From: Vicugna vicugna
Taxonomy: Eukaryota
Reading direction: 5' to 3'
Assembly: GCA_013265495.1 (NCBI GenBank)
Contig: MU058463.1
Coordinates: 2,751,523-2,815,522, forward strand
DNA length: 64,000 bases
Every line of letters begins with the position of its first letter. The stretch's first letter is position 1. The translations under genes and the position numbers were made by a program. The notes below the pieces were generated by a model. The model searched no databases, was not told the origin of the DNA, and worked only from the letters and a program-made list of their open reading frames with translations. Below, one piece after another: positions 37,509 through 50,480 of this stretch.

Positions 37509-39750
37509 TGTTGCCTTCAAAAAATGGGGTGAATATTCAAACTTCTCCACTGTTATTCAATTGCTTGTTTTCAAACTCTGTGAACTCATTGAAGTTGATG
37601 ATGACACACTAGATTGTCACTTCATTTTACTGCAGTAGAAATTAATGAAAACATGTAGACCACAATGCTTCTGACAGATGCTTTGTAAAGCAGAAGCATG
37701 CGTTTCGATTTCCTGAGACCAGTATTTAAACACTTCTCACTGATGCAACTTTTCTTTAAGTTTGTTAAAGGTTTCATTAATTAGCTGCCTCTGGCCCACT
37801 CCAGCACCAATAACCGAGGTTTTTTTTTTTGCATTTTATTGTTCAGAAATGTACTAATACTTAGATGCCAACAAACTGACAAGAAAAATGCTCTTTACCA
37901 ACTTTTCTGCTGGTTCCTGCTCCTCCACCTTCTCTTCCACCTCAGCCTCTATTTGTGTCTCCTTCAGCTTGCAGTCTCTTTCACCTGATCCTGTCCGATT
38001 GCTGAAGTGCAGGCGACCACCTAGAAAACCACAATAATGGGCTTTCCCTCGAGAGAGCCACATGGGACTTCTTTTCCTTCCTTTCATGTAACGGCGTGCA
38101 GGATATTTTATGATTCATTTCCCCTTTTTGATAAGATATGAAAGCAATATCAAAAGAAATTCAGAGATATTTCCATTTTCTCGGAATTGAGATGAAGTAC
38201 AAGGACCTTCTGGTTAAGAAACATCCTTTTTTTTTTCCCCTGGCATTCTGGGTTCATAAAGTGAGAAAATTATTTTTGCTGCTGTTTTTGTTGGATGTCT
38301 GAAAATAGGATACGGCATCTTTTTGCATTTTTATCCTTTCAAATTATATTAGCTATCTTGACGAATTTAATTAAGGTAAGAACAAATAACAAAACAGAAC
38401 AATGAGTAGCAATTGTAATTTTAGTAAGCACCAATAACCATTTGCTTACCAAATTTTAAAAACTCAAAATGCAGCAGGAAACATACAAGGACTAAAACCT
38501 TTCATGTGCCCCCAGATTGGAAGATACTATGTTCATGAATCATACAATACTCCAGTAATATACTTTTGCTATCTTGGATATTTAGTTAATAGAAAACAAA
38601 TATTCTTTTATGTAACATATGTAATTATCTGAATGTTGTATCCAGAGGCTGCAGGTTTGTAGAAACAGTCAAATAGCATTTTTCCTTTGTGTTATTTAAT
38701 CACATTTTCCAGCAAACCTTCAAATGTCAAGGTTGTCCCTAAGATTTAAGAAATGGGCATTTTTAGATTTTGTGTGCCATAATCAAATCATATTGTCACT
38801 TATTGCTTCAGCATGCTTGAGTTTTTCAGTGATTTTATGCATTCAGATTCCTCGCTGTTTTAGCCATCTTATCAAACCTTCACTTTAAAGGAAACCAGGA
38901 TCAATGGATTTAGTATCACATATAACATATTTATTCAATGGCCTAAAGCTACAGTTCTTCTCTCCTGTCTCATCTTTGCAAGACTTAATTCTCTCGTACG
39001 AGAATAGGAGCCCCATATTAATATATTTAAACCAGAATAACATCCAACTGTCTGATCTTTGTAATCACTCTGGATGTGACTGTCAAACGCATGCTGACAG
39101 TACTCCACCTGCTTTACCAATGACCTTGTTTAGAAATGACCCATTATCACATTTCAGAAAAATTTGGTGTCAGACTACCCTTGGCCAATTCTACAAAAAA
39201 AAAAAAAAAACAGTTCAGTCAGGGGCCATGAGGACAATTTCAAGACCGAATTTAATTTTCCCTGCACTGGACATTACAATCTCAGAAATTCAGAAGGCCT
39301 TTCCAAAGGGAACATTTGAAAAATCTTAAATAAATCTAAATATAGTACACATTTCGGTACTCCTTCTCCATTCAGTTATAACAGCATAGATGAGAGGGCA
39401 GGAATTCCAGTGCAATTTGGATATCTGTACAGCAAATACAAATTTTAAATGGATTTACTTTTTGTTTGCTGTTTACACTACGCTTAGAAATTTGATTTGA
39501 ATAAAAAATGCATTTCCCTCTTAGGTTTGAATCATTTTTTCCCCGCTCTAAACAAGTACTATTCCTACATTCACACAGAAAGGAAGATAAGTAATAATAC
39601 AGTGCAGGCGCCAAGTAAAAATCTAGCCCAGTACAGACAGCGTAATAATGATGTCATTAAGCCTCCTAGCTGAATGGGGTTCAGACAGAACTGTTGTATA
39701 GCTGCAGACATAAATCTGAAAGAACTTTTTGGCTACATTCTCAGACTTAC

Positions 39751-39908
39751 CTTGAGAGATATTTAGGAGCTCCAGCAAAATGAGTTGAGGGAAATGCACT
39801 CAAAAGAAGAAGGTGTGCAGACTGCAGACAGATGTAGGCCCTATCCGTGTAGCCTTCTGAGATACAGGAGGAAACAGTTTGTTAAATGGATAAAGACAGA
39901 GAAACAGT
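39751..39908 (-). other. Candidate non-coding exon (158 nt)
   Basis: Minus-strand acceptor tttatttgttttctgttttcttcttcttcag| and donor AAG|GTAAGT. Stop codons in all three frames. Confidence 0.35.
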
Positions 39909-41989
39909 CTGAAGAAGAAGAAAACAGAAAACAAATAAACCTTAATTCTAGCACAAATAAATGAGAGAAAGGCAATTGTGGGGCTGCTCGAAGCCTTTTT
40001 GCCTAGCTGAATGAAAGCAGTCCCTAAGACTGAATGGGTAATGAGATCCTGGCTCCTGAGATTTTAGCTTTCTTAATCATGTTCATAATTAATTCAAGAA
40101 CATTGATAATTTCATTACATTCTTTTTGTCTTATCAATAAATGATGTGCCTGCACTTTTGGTCCTGTGTACAGGGAGAGGAGAGATGCTTTGGGTAATAT
40201 TGCACTAGGAATCGTGGATATATATGATCCAAAAAGGTGAAGTGGTAATTATTATCCTTGACCAGCCTTCTATTATCAGAACACGATGACAAGCAGCTAC
40301 AAATAATTAATAAGCTTTTTATGCAGAAATGCAAAGCCTTTGAAGAAAAATATGCTGCAAGTAGAATTCCTTACCGAAGATTATGTACATAGCACAACAC
40401 GCTTCTCCAGAGAAACAGTTTGAAATGGCACTCGCCGAAATGCCTACATCACAAATACAAGAAGAAAATCAATAACTTGTTTTTTTAAAATATCATCTCA
40501 AAAAACTTTTCTTTGTTTTAATGTTTTATTAAAAAAAAAAATCCATGTCCTTCCAATTGTCTTCCTGAAGTCCTTTCCAGGATCGACCTACAAAGATGTT
40601 AAACTGAACTACCCACTCAGTAAAACCTCCTTTTTTAAACCAAGACAGAAAGCTCTGTCATTAACTGTCAGTCATCATCAAAGGGGTCCTTTTCCTTTAC
40701 GGTTTTCTATTCACCCCCATGTAAATTTCCACAAAGCCATCACTCATTAGTTTCACAATCCGTGTTCAAGGGTTGGGAGGGAACGTTTAATGCCACTTAA
40801 TCGCACGAAACAGAAAGGCAGCCTAGTCTCCCAAATGGGTTGGATAATTAACACCAAATTAAACGCTGGTCAGTTAGCAAGAGCTACAAATATGAGAATT
40901 CTCCTAATGGATAATAAGAATAACGTCTCAGTTTTAAATACAAAGTGTGTTGCTGCAAATAATCCGTGCTCAAGTGCACACAAGTGATATACTGGCTAAC
41001 ATTATTTTTAAGTAGACCAATATGGCAGGGTAAAATTTCAGCGGTGAAAGCCATTCCATAAAAATATCTCGGAACTGATTGTGCTATTAAAGATAAAAAC
41101 AATTCATACGATGCTAAAAGTATGCATGTTGGCACTTCGATCTGATTACTAAACAAAATAGACTTTGAGAAGACACTGCAGGGTCACTTAGTAAAGCAAG
41201 CTGTTGCCCGTGACATTGATATATGGGACAGAGATGATGTATATACTGGGTGGCTTTATCAGTAAATCACTGACTCTATTTACTTCCCCAAGGAAAAAGA
41301 CTTGTCCCTGAAAGAGAACTCTTTGTTAGAACTACCAGAGGGGGATTAATATTGGCAAAACATTCAATTTGGATATAGTCCTGCAGAAGATTCATAAAAC
41401 AATAATTTAATAAGTTAACGGACAAAGATTTAGCACATTGGCAGCATACAGCTGCCTAGAGAGCATTAACTTTATTAATTTCATCAAATTATTTCTCTAT
41501 GAACTCAATTATATAGGTTCTAGCCACCAGAAATCTATTTCTCAACTAAGGACAACAAATTCGAGGACTCCTAAGTCCCTAAAAATAACTTTTTAATAAC
41601 ATGCAAAATTTCAGCACCGTATAGACCAATTGCTACATAAAAGACTATTAGATGACAGTTCAATTTAAGCTTCGATGTCAATTTCCATATATTCTACATC
41701 TTTAAATACGTTTCAGCTCTGCTTTTAAAGTTCCAGATAAGAGTTAGATGTTGCAAATCAAATATGCCTATCAATATTCTGAGCTAACTCAGATCTAACT
41801 GAATTTCAGGGACAGAAGCTGAAATTGTCTAAGTGTTTTCTGTGCAGTTTCAGAAAAGCAGTGAAATTAGAAAGACAAACAATACAGTGGCGTGTAGCTT
41901 GCAGTAAAATGTTCCAAATCCTATAGCTTTTGTATATCTACTGCCAGCTTAAGGAGAAACTTCAAGACATTGTTCTTAAAACGTCTTTC

Positions 41990-42420
41990 AAATTCTCACC
42001 CCACATCCAATCAACCATCAAGTTGTAATGCTTCGATTTCCCAAATGTCTCTGCAACCTGTCCACTTCTCTCCACTCCCCAAACCAGCACCTGATTCAAG
42101 CATCATCCCCTGTTGCCTGAGTTCTGTTATTTTTCAGTGTTCCTCTGGCTGCCTCTAGGTTCACCTCTCTTTTTTGTTCTCGCACTACTACCCACTGTCT
42201 TTTCAAAACACAGACCTGATCATGCCATTCCTGTGCTTCAACCTTCAGTGGCTCCCCATTTCCCTCTGGGAAGATTGCTTACTACAGCATTTTGTTCTGG
42301 CTCCCCTTACCTCTCTTAGCCTCAACTTTGAACCACACTGTTCCCCTAATCGTGGGAATTACCTTCTATGCCCCAGACTGCTTTTTTCACTCAGGCAACA
42401 CCCTTGCCATACCCAGTGAC
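41990..42420 (+). mobile_element. L2 fragment
   Basis: 'catccaatcaaccatcaagttg...tcaaaacacagacctgatcatgccattcctgtgcttcaaccttcagtggctccccatt'. Confidence 0.75.
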
Positions 42421-43524
42421 CAATGGCCAATTATTTTCTAGTTGGATTCTTATTAGACTTTTGAAGATTTTTTTCAGTTGTTCTTTGCAGTTTCTCAAAG
42501 TTCTTATTAAAATCGAGTTTTTATCAGCAGAGTTGATGGTTCTACTTTAGCTGATTCTTGCCGCAGTCTCTCAGTGGTGCCACTTAGCCTCCCTGGAGGT
42601 CTTACTGGCCCTCCAGCTTGTCATCATTGTCTGTAGTCTCTGCTGTTTGCTTCCCCACAGGACTGAAGAGTGTCAAGTATAAGCAGAGGGTCTCATCTGT
42701 GTTCACATTTGATCAAATATAATCTATTCTTGAAAACACAGGGTATTGCTCGTTTCATCTCATTAGAGTGAGATGCTTGGTTTTTGCTACAATTACTTTA
42801 TCAGATCCCCATACATTTTCACTTTCTTCTGTTTTACATCTGTTTGAGTCTGCATGGGAAGGTGAAGGTGGCTGAGACTGAGAAAACCAGATAGAGTGGC
42901 TTGTATAGATATCAAATAATTATGTCAAATTTTAGATTCAAATTTAGTTAAATTTTGATTGCATTTTTTTCTTATTTTCTCTTGCTTCCTAAAAACTAAA
43001 AAAAAAAATTATTATAGGGAAAAATGCATAGTCTCTGCTTCTTACATATTAGATATCTTGACTAACCTCAGTATTGTGGCAATCAGGAAGAATTAAATGT
43101 GTATGGAATATAATGTGTGTTCAATGTATCTTTGTTGGAATAGTAAATAAAAGTAAATTGAGCCTAGAAAACTCAGTTTCTAGGACATCACCCTACATTT
43201 CCACCTGGCTGCTTTTTAAGAAAAAAATTAAAGTTTAGTCAGTTTAGCAGGGAAATGTGTGATATATTTTGCAAAGGTTTTCATCAAAATTTTCATCAGC
43301 GTTTTTTTTAAATGTTGACATTTAAAGTGATCTTGAAATTCCCATAGCAGTAAGAACTCATTTCCGGATGGTATCAAATAAATATAGTCTAACTGCAAAA
43401 CACACAGTGTCTCACCAGAATAAAAAGAGAAAATGGGAGAGGGTAAAGCCTAGCCATGTATAAGGAGTCAAGAAAGCGGCGCTAGATCAACAGAGGGGTA
43501 AAGTTATCAGAGGCCTACGTGAGA

Positions 43525-43553
43525 AAACAGCCAGGGGGCGCTAGAGGGCTGGA
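43525..43553 (+). promoter_or_regulatory. CTCF-like motif(s)
   Basis: cagCCAGGGGGCGCTA matches the CTCF core. Overlapping second match gcgCTAGAGGGC. Local CpG retention. Confidence 0.65.
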
Positions 43554-44799
43554 GCCACGTGGTCTACACGAGAAGAACGCGCTGCTCTTTGACAGAAACA
43601 GATAAACGAACTTCTCTGTAGTATCTTAGTCTATCACTTAATATTGGAAGTAATCGCAAAGTTTAAATTTTATTTTACCAGGGCATTAACATAGAGACTT
43701 ACTTAGAAGATGTGATAATATTTATGTTACTAATTAGACATAAGGAGAAAAAGACGTATTTTTACCCTCTCTCTCCCCTTTTCTATTTCAGAAAGCCACT
43801 ATCTTCTGTTTTACATCTGAGTTTGAAAGTCCTCTCCTTTCTCTGGTTGGAGATTCTGAGGCCCAAATAAGAGTTTTTAAAAAGTTCTCCAAATAAAAAC
43901 AACAAAAAGAAGAATTTTTTTTCTCTATAATAAGTTTCCTGAGATAGCACCCAAACTTTCAAGTTTAGAATCTTTTATAACTTATAAAGTTCAGTTAACT
44001 AAATAGAATAGAATAGTAAATATTCTACAGGGATGCATTTTTTTTCAGGAGCATATTGAAATGTTTTACTTTAATCTTTTTCTCTTTTTTTGATGAATAT
44101 TTTTAGAAGCTGTTTCTCAGACAGTTCTAAATTCTCCCTTAATCTGAAATGATATATATTAAATATTTAGTTTTTTCTTGATAATGTGGAGTCAGATTTG
44201 TGATAGCGCAGCACTATTGCTCTGTAAAACCACAGCCTCAGAGACTTGTACATCATATCAGCTTCACGTGGTGCATACACTGAGGCTGAGGGAAGCTGAG
44301 TTGCCCTGAGTCACAATGCTTGTAAATTGGTGAAAGTAAGATTTCCCCTGTTCACGCTATGACCTATAATATGATGTAGGCAATCTAGATGACAGAATTC
44401 AATTAAAATAACCAATTGTGAATAAACTAACTTTGCCTTCGACCTACTGTCTTTGTGTTCTTCCCTTTCCATATGATTTTTTTTTTCATTTGGAAACAAG
44501 AGATTTCAAGCTCCCAGTATCAATGGATTTCTTTCCCCAAAATGTTCCCAGAAAATCCAGAATTCCAAGGAGCAAGAGTGAAGAGATGCAATCCAACTTG
44601 TTAGAGCGTAGACAAGGGAGATATTGTTGGAGGTCACCTCTGGGAGAGAGTAAGTGAGTTTAAAACACTAGAGCCTTTCAGTGGGGCTGGGACCTCGTGA
44701 AGACAGAGGCGACCACAGCTCTGGGGTAACCAGGCAGACCCCTGCGGAGACAAGGGTAAGGGAGGCAGTGGGGTTAGCAGGGCCCCAGGCATAGGTGCA

Positions 44800-44985
44800 G
44801 GTTTCCAGGGCACATCCTTCAATTCTGGGAACTTTTCTGATTGTCACCACAGGTGGAAGATACTACCTGCATCTAGTTGGAAGAGGCCAGGGAGGTTGTC
44901 ACACATCCCACAGGGCACAGGACAGCTCCCCACAACCAAGAATGATCTGTCCTAATATATCAATGGGGCCAAGCTGAGGAACCCA
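44800..44985 (+). mobile_element. MER20 DNA transposon
   Basis: 'gcatctagttggaagaggccagggagg...gcacaggacagctccccacaaccaagaatgatctg'. Confidence 0.8.
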
Positions 44986-45167
44986 TTTAAGGATGTGGCC
45001 TTTCTGAACTCCGTTCCTCTCCCTCCTCCCTCAATCTCAGTGAGGATGGTGTTGGGTAACAGAGACAGCACGTGATGTCCTCACCATTCCCTTCTCACTC
45101 AGGCAGCTGGGTTGAGCACACCAGTAAGCTAGCTCCCCCTCACAGTCCCCTTCCTTAGGCTTCCTTG

Positions 45168-45320
45168 TAGCCTAGTGATGAGGAGTGCAGGCTATGGAGT
45201 CACACAGACATGATTTGGTCCTAGGTTAGCTGTAGGACTACAGGCAAATTATTGATCTTATTTAAGCTTCAGTTTCCACATCTATAAAATTGACACCATG
45301 ATAGTACTCACCTCCCAAGC
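45168..45320 (+). mobile_element. MIR fragment
   Basis: 'tagcctagtgatgaggagtgcaggctatggagtcacacagac...gcttcagtttccacatctataaaat'. Confidence 0.7.
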
Positions 45321-45509
45321 TGAAGGTCAAACCGTTTCCTCAATTCCTATTACCATGGCCTTTGTCTAGATCTTGTTGGGTTTTTGCTTTGTTTTGTTTT
45401 GTTGCATGGGCTTTTGTCAAATTCTCTTCATTGGGCATTAGCTTCTAGCTTGGTCTGCTCTGGGTCTCTATATCTCTTCACTTTGGGAGAACAGCTCCCT
45501 TTCTCAGTC

Positions 45510-45920
45510 TAAGTTATTCAGTGAGTCTTTCCCCTGGTGCTGATGTGGGTAGACTAGGCTTTTAGAGAATGAGAACCAAGTCAGGCCAGCAAAATCCATC
45601 CTAGGGGTTGTGCTGGAGCTGTTGGGAAAACAGTGTTCTCTTTTCTCTGGAATGATTTCCCAGTGATGGAAAATTAATGCAGCCAAGGAGCTGGCTAAGC
45701 ATAAAGCCAACCCAGAGAGAAGCAGAGCCAAGAGATGCAAAGAGCAAGAGAGAGAGAGAGAGAGGTGGATTCCTGACAATGCTGGCCAAGCAGCTGGATC
45801 CAACCAGTCCTGTAGCAAGTTCTACCTCTAGATTTTCAATTGTGTAAGCTAATTTTTTCTTTTCTGCTTAAGTCTCTGTGAATAAATTTCTATCATTTGC
45901 AAAAATAATAACAACACAAG
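45510..45920 (+). mobile_element. MLT1 (old MaLR LTR)
   Basis: 'cagctggatccaaccagtcctg...ttttctgcttaagtc...tttctatcatttgcaa'. Confidence 0.55.
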
Positions 45921-46394
45921 AGAGTTTTTATCTCTCCATCTTTGTATTCCTCCTACAGGCTAGTCTATCACTTTTTACATTATAGGACCTCAAAAATGTT
46001 CAGTTAGGTGGAATCTAATTCTTTTGAGAAATGGGTAGCATAAAACTAGAAGAATGCAGAAAATGGAGGTGAAGTGTGGAGGGAAAATCCAAAGGCCAAG
46101 GGCCTTACTAGAGAGAATGGAAATCCATGGACAACTGGCAAAGGTTGTGGTTAATAGAAACTTTAAGCCTCAGGGCTGATGAGGAGGGAGGTATTCAGGG
46201 CAGGGCCCAGCAGGGAATGGAAGTGTAGCAATGGTTTTTGCCCATTCTGAGTTAGACATGGGCCAGGGAAGCACAGACAGTCAATAGGATGCAGAAAGAA
46301 ATTCTATAGTAGCCAGTGAGTAAGACGAGAGCCAGTGCACCAACATGGTGCAAGAGAAAGAATACAACTCAACTGCGCCCCTTCTGGGCAACTG

Positions 46395-46610
46395 TGACAT
46401 AGCACTGAGAAGATCCGCAGCCAAGCCTCAGCTCTGCCGCTTTCTGGGATTGTAATTTTCGAATTACTTAATTCTTTGAATTTCTGCTTAACTATCTGCA
46501 AAGTAGAGATAAAGATCCCCTTTCCTCCTAGTCCTCAGGTGGGTTGTGAGTTCTAAATGAGTTAGCATGTGTGAAGATGCCCAGCACATTAGATGTTCAA
46601 ATCCTTTTGA
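46395..46610 (+). mobile_element. MIR SINE
   Basis: 'ttctgcttaactatctgcaaagtagagataa...gggttgtgagttctaaatgagttagcatgtgtgaag'. Confidence 0.65.
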
Positions 46611-46696
46611 GAAAGAATGTAAGAAAGTACCCAGATTCCCTAAAAAGGTTTATGAAATATTTAAATGCACCAGACACTGTACTAGGTACTTGGAAG

Positions 46697-46698
<2 letters not shown>

Positions 46699-46728
<30 letters not shown>
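46699..46728 (+). repeat. Poly(A) run (~30 nt) within an L2-like remnant
   Basis: Seen directly. No TSD found. Confidence 0.85.
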
Positions 46729-46731
<3 letters not shown>

Positions 46732-47029
46732 AGGCACAGTTTAGTGGAAGCACAGACACTTTGATAACTGCTACAACACAAGAAGAAACAAACTGGAACC
46801 CAGAGAAGACAGAGATTCACTCTGCTTTTAGAAGCCGGGAAAGGTTTAATTAAGCAGGGCCTGGGAGTTGAAGAGGACGTCAGAGAAAATGGGGTGATCA
46901 GACGGAGTGTTGGAGAACTGATAGGAATCTTCCAGAATGTTTTTAAATTAAAAGAAGAGGAAATTATTTACAGGAACTAGAAAATTCCTAAAATATGTTT
47001 TGTATCAAAACCACTATGGTTCTGATATA

Positions 47030-47722
47030 CAGATGGCAAATAAGCACAAGTAGAGAAATGTAAAGTAAAACACAACTATCAGAATAATTAACATAAAAAA
47101 ATAATGATGATATTAAATCCTGGCTAGGATGTGGAGAAACTGAACCTCTCATACATACAGACACGCCAGAAAACATTTTAACAATTTCTTACAAAATTAA
47201 ACATGCAACTTCCATATGACCAAGTAAATGACGCTTTTGAGCAATTATCCCAGAGAAATGGAAATTTGTGTTCCTGCAAAAAAAAAAAAAAAAAAAACAC
47301 TGTACAGGAGTGTTCGTAGCAGCTTTACTTGTAATAGCCAGACACTGGAATTAGGCTAGATGTTCTTCAGTTAAACTGGTTTAACAAACTGTGGTCCATC
47401 CAAACCATGAGCTAGTACTTAGCAATGAAAAGAGGGGACCATTGATAAACACAGTTTAGAGGATTTGGCAGAAAATTATGATGAATAAAAATAAAAAGCC
47501 AGTAATTAAAGGTTAGATACTATTTGCTTCTATCTGTATAACATTTTAAAATGACAAAATTTGAGACGTGGAGTTAAGAATAATGGTTGCCAGAGGTCAG
47601 AGATAGAGGAGGAGGCATAAAGGGAGATGGGAGAGGCCCTTGTGGGAATGAATCTTTTCTGTATCTTGCCTGTGGTGGTGAATGCATAAACCTGTACATG
47701 TGATCAACATGATAGAAATAAG

Positions 47723-47756
<34 letters not shown>

Positions 47757-47970
47757 TGAGTATAAGTAAAATTGGGGAAATCTGAATAAATTCAATGGAT
47801 TGTGTGAATGATGTCAATGTTCATATCCTGGTTGTGTTTTCTACTCTAGATATTTTAAAAAATTACCTTTAGGTGAAACTGGTTAAAGTGTACAAGAGAT
47901 CTCTCTGTATTATTTCTTACAACAGCACAGGAATCAACAATTATGTCAATAAAATTCACAGTTTAAAAAA
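47030..47970 (+). mobile_element. Old L1 (L1MD-like) 3' end with internal (CA)n at ~47726-47754
   Basis: 'cacacaaatgagtataagtaaaattggggaaatctgaataa...gatctctctgtattatttcttacaac'. Confidence 0.8.
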
Positions 47971-48228
47971 ACCACTATGCTTCTGTATTGTAGAGAAACT
48001 GAGGTTTCATTTAACATAATTTAGGAATATTCTTAGTTCTTTTTATTTCATAAGGGTTTATTGAGCCCATAATTTCTATCAGAGCTTGACATTTGCCAGT
48101 AACCAAACTCCCATCTTGTGTTAGCATTTCCCAGCTGGGGTCAACCTCTTCTACCTCCAGTCACCGCCATGCAGTGTGTCTATCTCTGTAATGGTAACTA
48201 CGGGCTGATTGGGGTCCCTTTTCTTCCT

Positions 48229-48633
48229 GTGCTATGGCAGACACCAAATGTGTTTATCAGAATGCGTTCCTGTCACCTCCTAGACACCAGGCTGGTCCAC
48301 GTTCCCCAGCTTGCCCGGCAGGTAAGTATGACTTTGTGACCAAGTTCTGGGCCATGGAATGTGGGCAGAAATGCTGCGTGTCACTCCCCGTCTCGATCCA
48401 TAAACTCCTCTGGTGTGATCATCCACACTCTCTCTTCTGAGCTGATACCAGGATCCAGCAGAAGACCCCACAGTCCTAGGAGAAAGCAAACCCACGATGG
48501 GAGAAACCTGAGACTCTGAGTGACAACACAGAAGGCCACTCGCAAATGAGAACTAAGTTTATGTTGCATTAAGCCATTGAACTTTGGGTGCTTGCATGTG
48601 AGAGAACAGAATGCTGTTTACCCCAACTAATAC
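48229..48633 (+). mobile_element. MLT1 solo LTR (MLT1H/I-like)
   Basis: 'tgtgaccaagttctgggccatggaatgtgggcagaa...ttaagccattgaactttggg...actaataca'. Confidence 0.75.
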
Positions 48634-48639
48634 ATACAC

Positions 48640-48760
48640 CTGTCTCCACACTGGACTCCAGGTTCATTGAGAGAAAGAACTGTGTTTTGCTCATCTTTCT
48701 GTACCTGGAGCCCAGTACAGTGCCTGACGCAGAGAAGCTCCTTCATCAATGTCTGCTGAC
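48640..48760 (+). mobile_element. L2 3' tail
   Basis: 'ctggactccaggttcattgagagaaagaactgtg...cccagtacagtgcctgacgcagag'. Confidence 0.7.
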
Positions 48761-49589
48761 AGGCATGCTGTATCAGTCATAGACTTTTGCCAACCCACCT
48801 CTTCTCACCCTTGAAGGTGGTAGGAAAGCCCAGGAGTTCATTCTCAAGTCCAGAGTCTCACGAATGGCCTTGAGAAGCAGGGCTCAGATGAGCAGAGGAA
48901 CGAACTGCTACTTAGTTATTTCGTTTCCTTCTCTTCAGCACATCTCTAGTTTCTTTCATTCTGTAAGTTGAAAACACATTCGGTGTATCAGAACCTAACT
49001 GGTTTAAATATAACTTGTTCTTAAATTCAGTGTCTCACTAAATAAATGTTTCTGTAAAAATTTAACAGCAAAAAGCTCTAGTGAGAGCTCACGTTTAGAC
49101 ACCTTCATTATTTTTTAGAAAAATACCACAAGACACTTACTACTGCACTATGAAATTGTATAAATAATTAAAATCGAACCTCACACATCCAAAAAAATGG
49201 CCTAAATACTTTTCATGATATATTATCCTTTTACTTTGTGGGTTGGCTTGCTTACTGGATAATTTGCAAAAACTTCACTCATCAAAAATAGGTCGTCAGG
49301 TCATTGGGGTTAATTTATGAGTGTGGAATTCTGGAGTTTGGCTTCAGTAAAGGAATAACATATTTTCTTTGTACTTTATCGAAGTATGCACATGCATCAT
49401 ATTTTCAAATCCTAAGAGAAAATTACGACTGACTTGTTTAATTTATGCTTTTATAAATATACGCTTTCTCTTTAACCAGTTTGTTTTGTGTAGCACTTAG
49501 TATCTCGATATTAGAATATTTCTTAATACTTTGATTGCTGTGGATAGATACACTATTCACAGTGATAACTGCTTAGCACAGCATTTAAC

Positions 49590-49745
49590 AACTGGAAAAG
49601 ACCTTAAAGATCGTCTAGTCCAATACATTAATTTACAGAAAAAGAAACCATCTCCCAAAGGTTATGTGATTGTAGGAGTTCACACTGCTGATGAGAAGAA
49701 AAGCCAAGTCAAGAACCCACAGTTCTAACTCTGGCCAATGATGCC
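49590..49745 (-). mobile_element. MIR fragment
   Basis: 'ctggaaaagaccttaaagatcgtctagtccaa...caagaacccacagttctaactc'. Confidence 0.6.
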
Positions 49746-50261
49746 CTGGAATTCTAGAAGACAAATTCAATGTTGATCATAAGAACTTATAAGCTAAAAT
49801 ATGAGTTTTGCTAAGAATAAATTATTTAATTGACTTTATTCTTCTGACTTAAACTCATATATAATTACATATGAGTGGCAATCGAATAAGTTATGGTTTC
49901 TTAATATTTAATTCAACTTTTATTCATTTGGATTTTATGCGGCTTTCTTTGGGGATAACTTTTTTCAGTTCCAAACTCTTTTTCAGCCCCTCAAAAACAT
50001 ACAGCCCTATTCAGAGCTTTAGTAATCATCCTCATTATTCTTTTTATTTTTTACAGCTTGAGTTTTTACATTTAACTCTTTAATCTGTGAAAACTTTGTT
50101 CTGTGATATAAAGTAGGAAGTAAAATTTCTATTTGTCTAATTCATCTTTGTGCTTTTTCTGCTAATCTGTGATGCCTCTTTATCACATACAGGATTCTTT
50201 CAGATAATGGGCCTATTTTTTGAGTTTTTTCTATGCTGTGGAGTATATTTTTATGTTAGTG

Positions 50262-50480
50262 TATTGTCAGTCAAGATAGACTAAGAAGCAAACAACCTCA
50301 GGTATCAGTGGGCTAACAAAACACAGATTTATTTCTCACTCGTCACATGTACACGGAGGTCGGTAGGGGGCTCTGTTTATCACAGTCACCAGGAATCCAG
50401 ACTGATCCAAAACCCATCCTCACACGTGCTCCTGGGATCAGCGAGGTCACAATGCTCTCTGCCCAAATGCACATCACTTC
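50262..50480 (-). mobile_element. MLT1 fragment nested in decayed L1M-like sequence
   Basis: 'tcagtgggctaacaaaacacagatttatttctcactc...cagtcaccaggaatccagactga'. Confidence 0.6.

Noticed and set aside
46699..46728. Poly(A) as a retro-insertion tail
   Set aside because: No TSD or element body. Probably slippage expansion.
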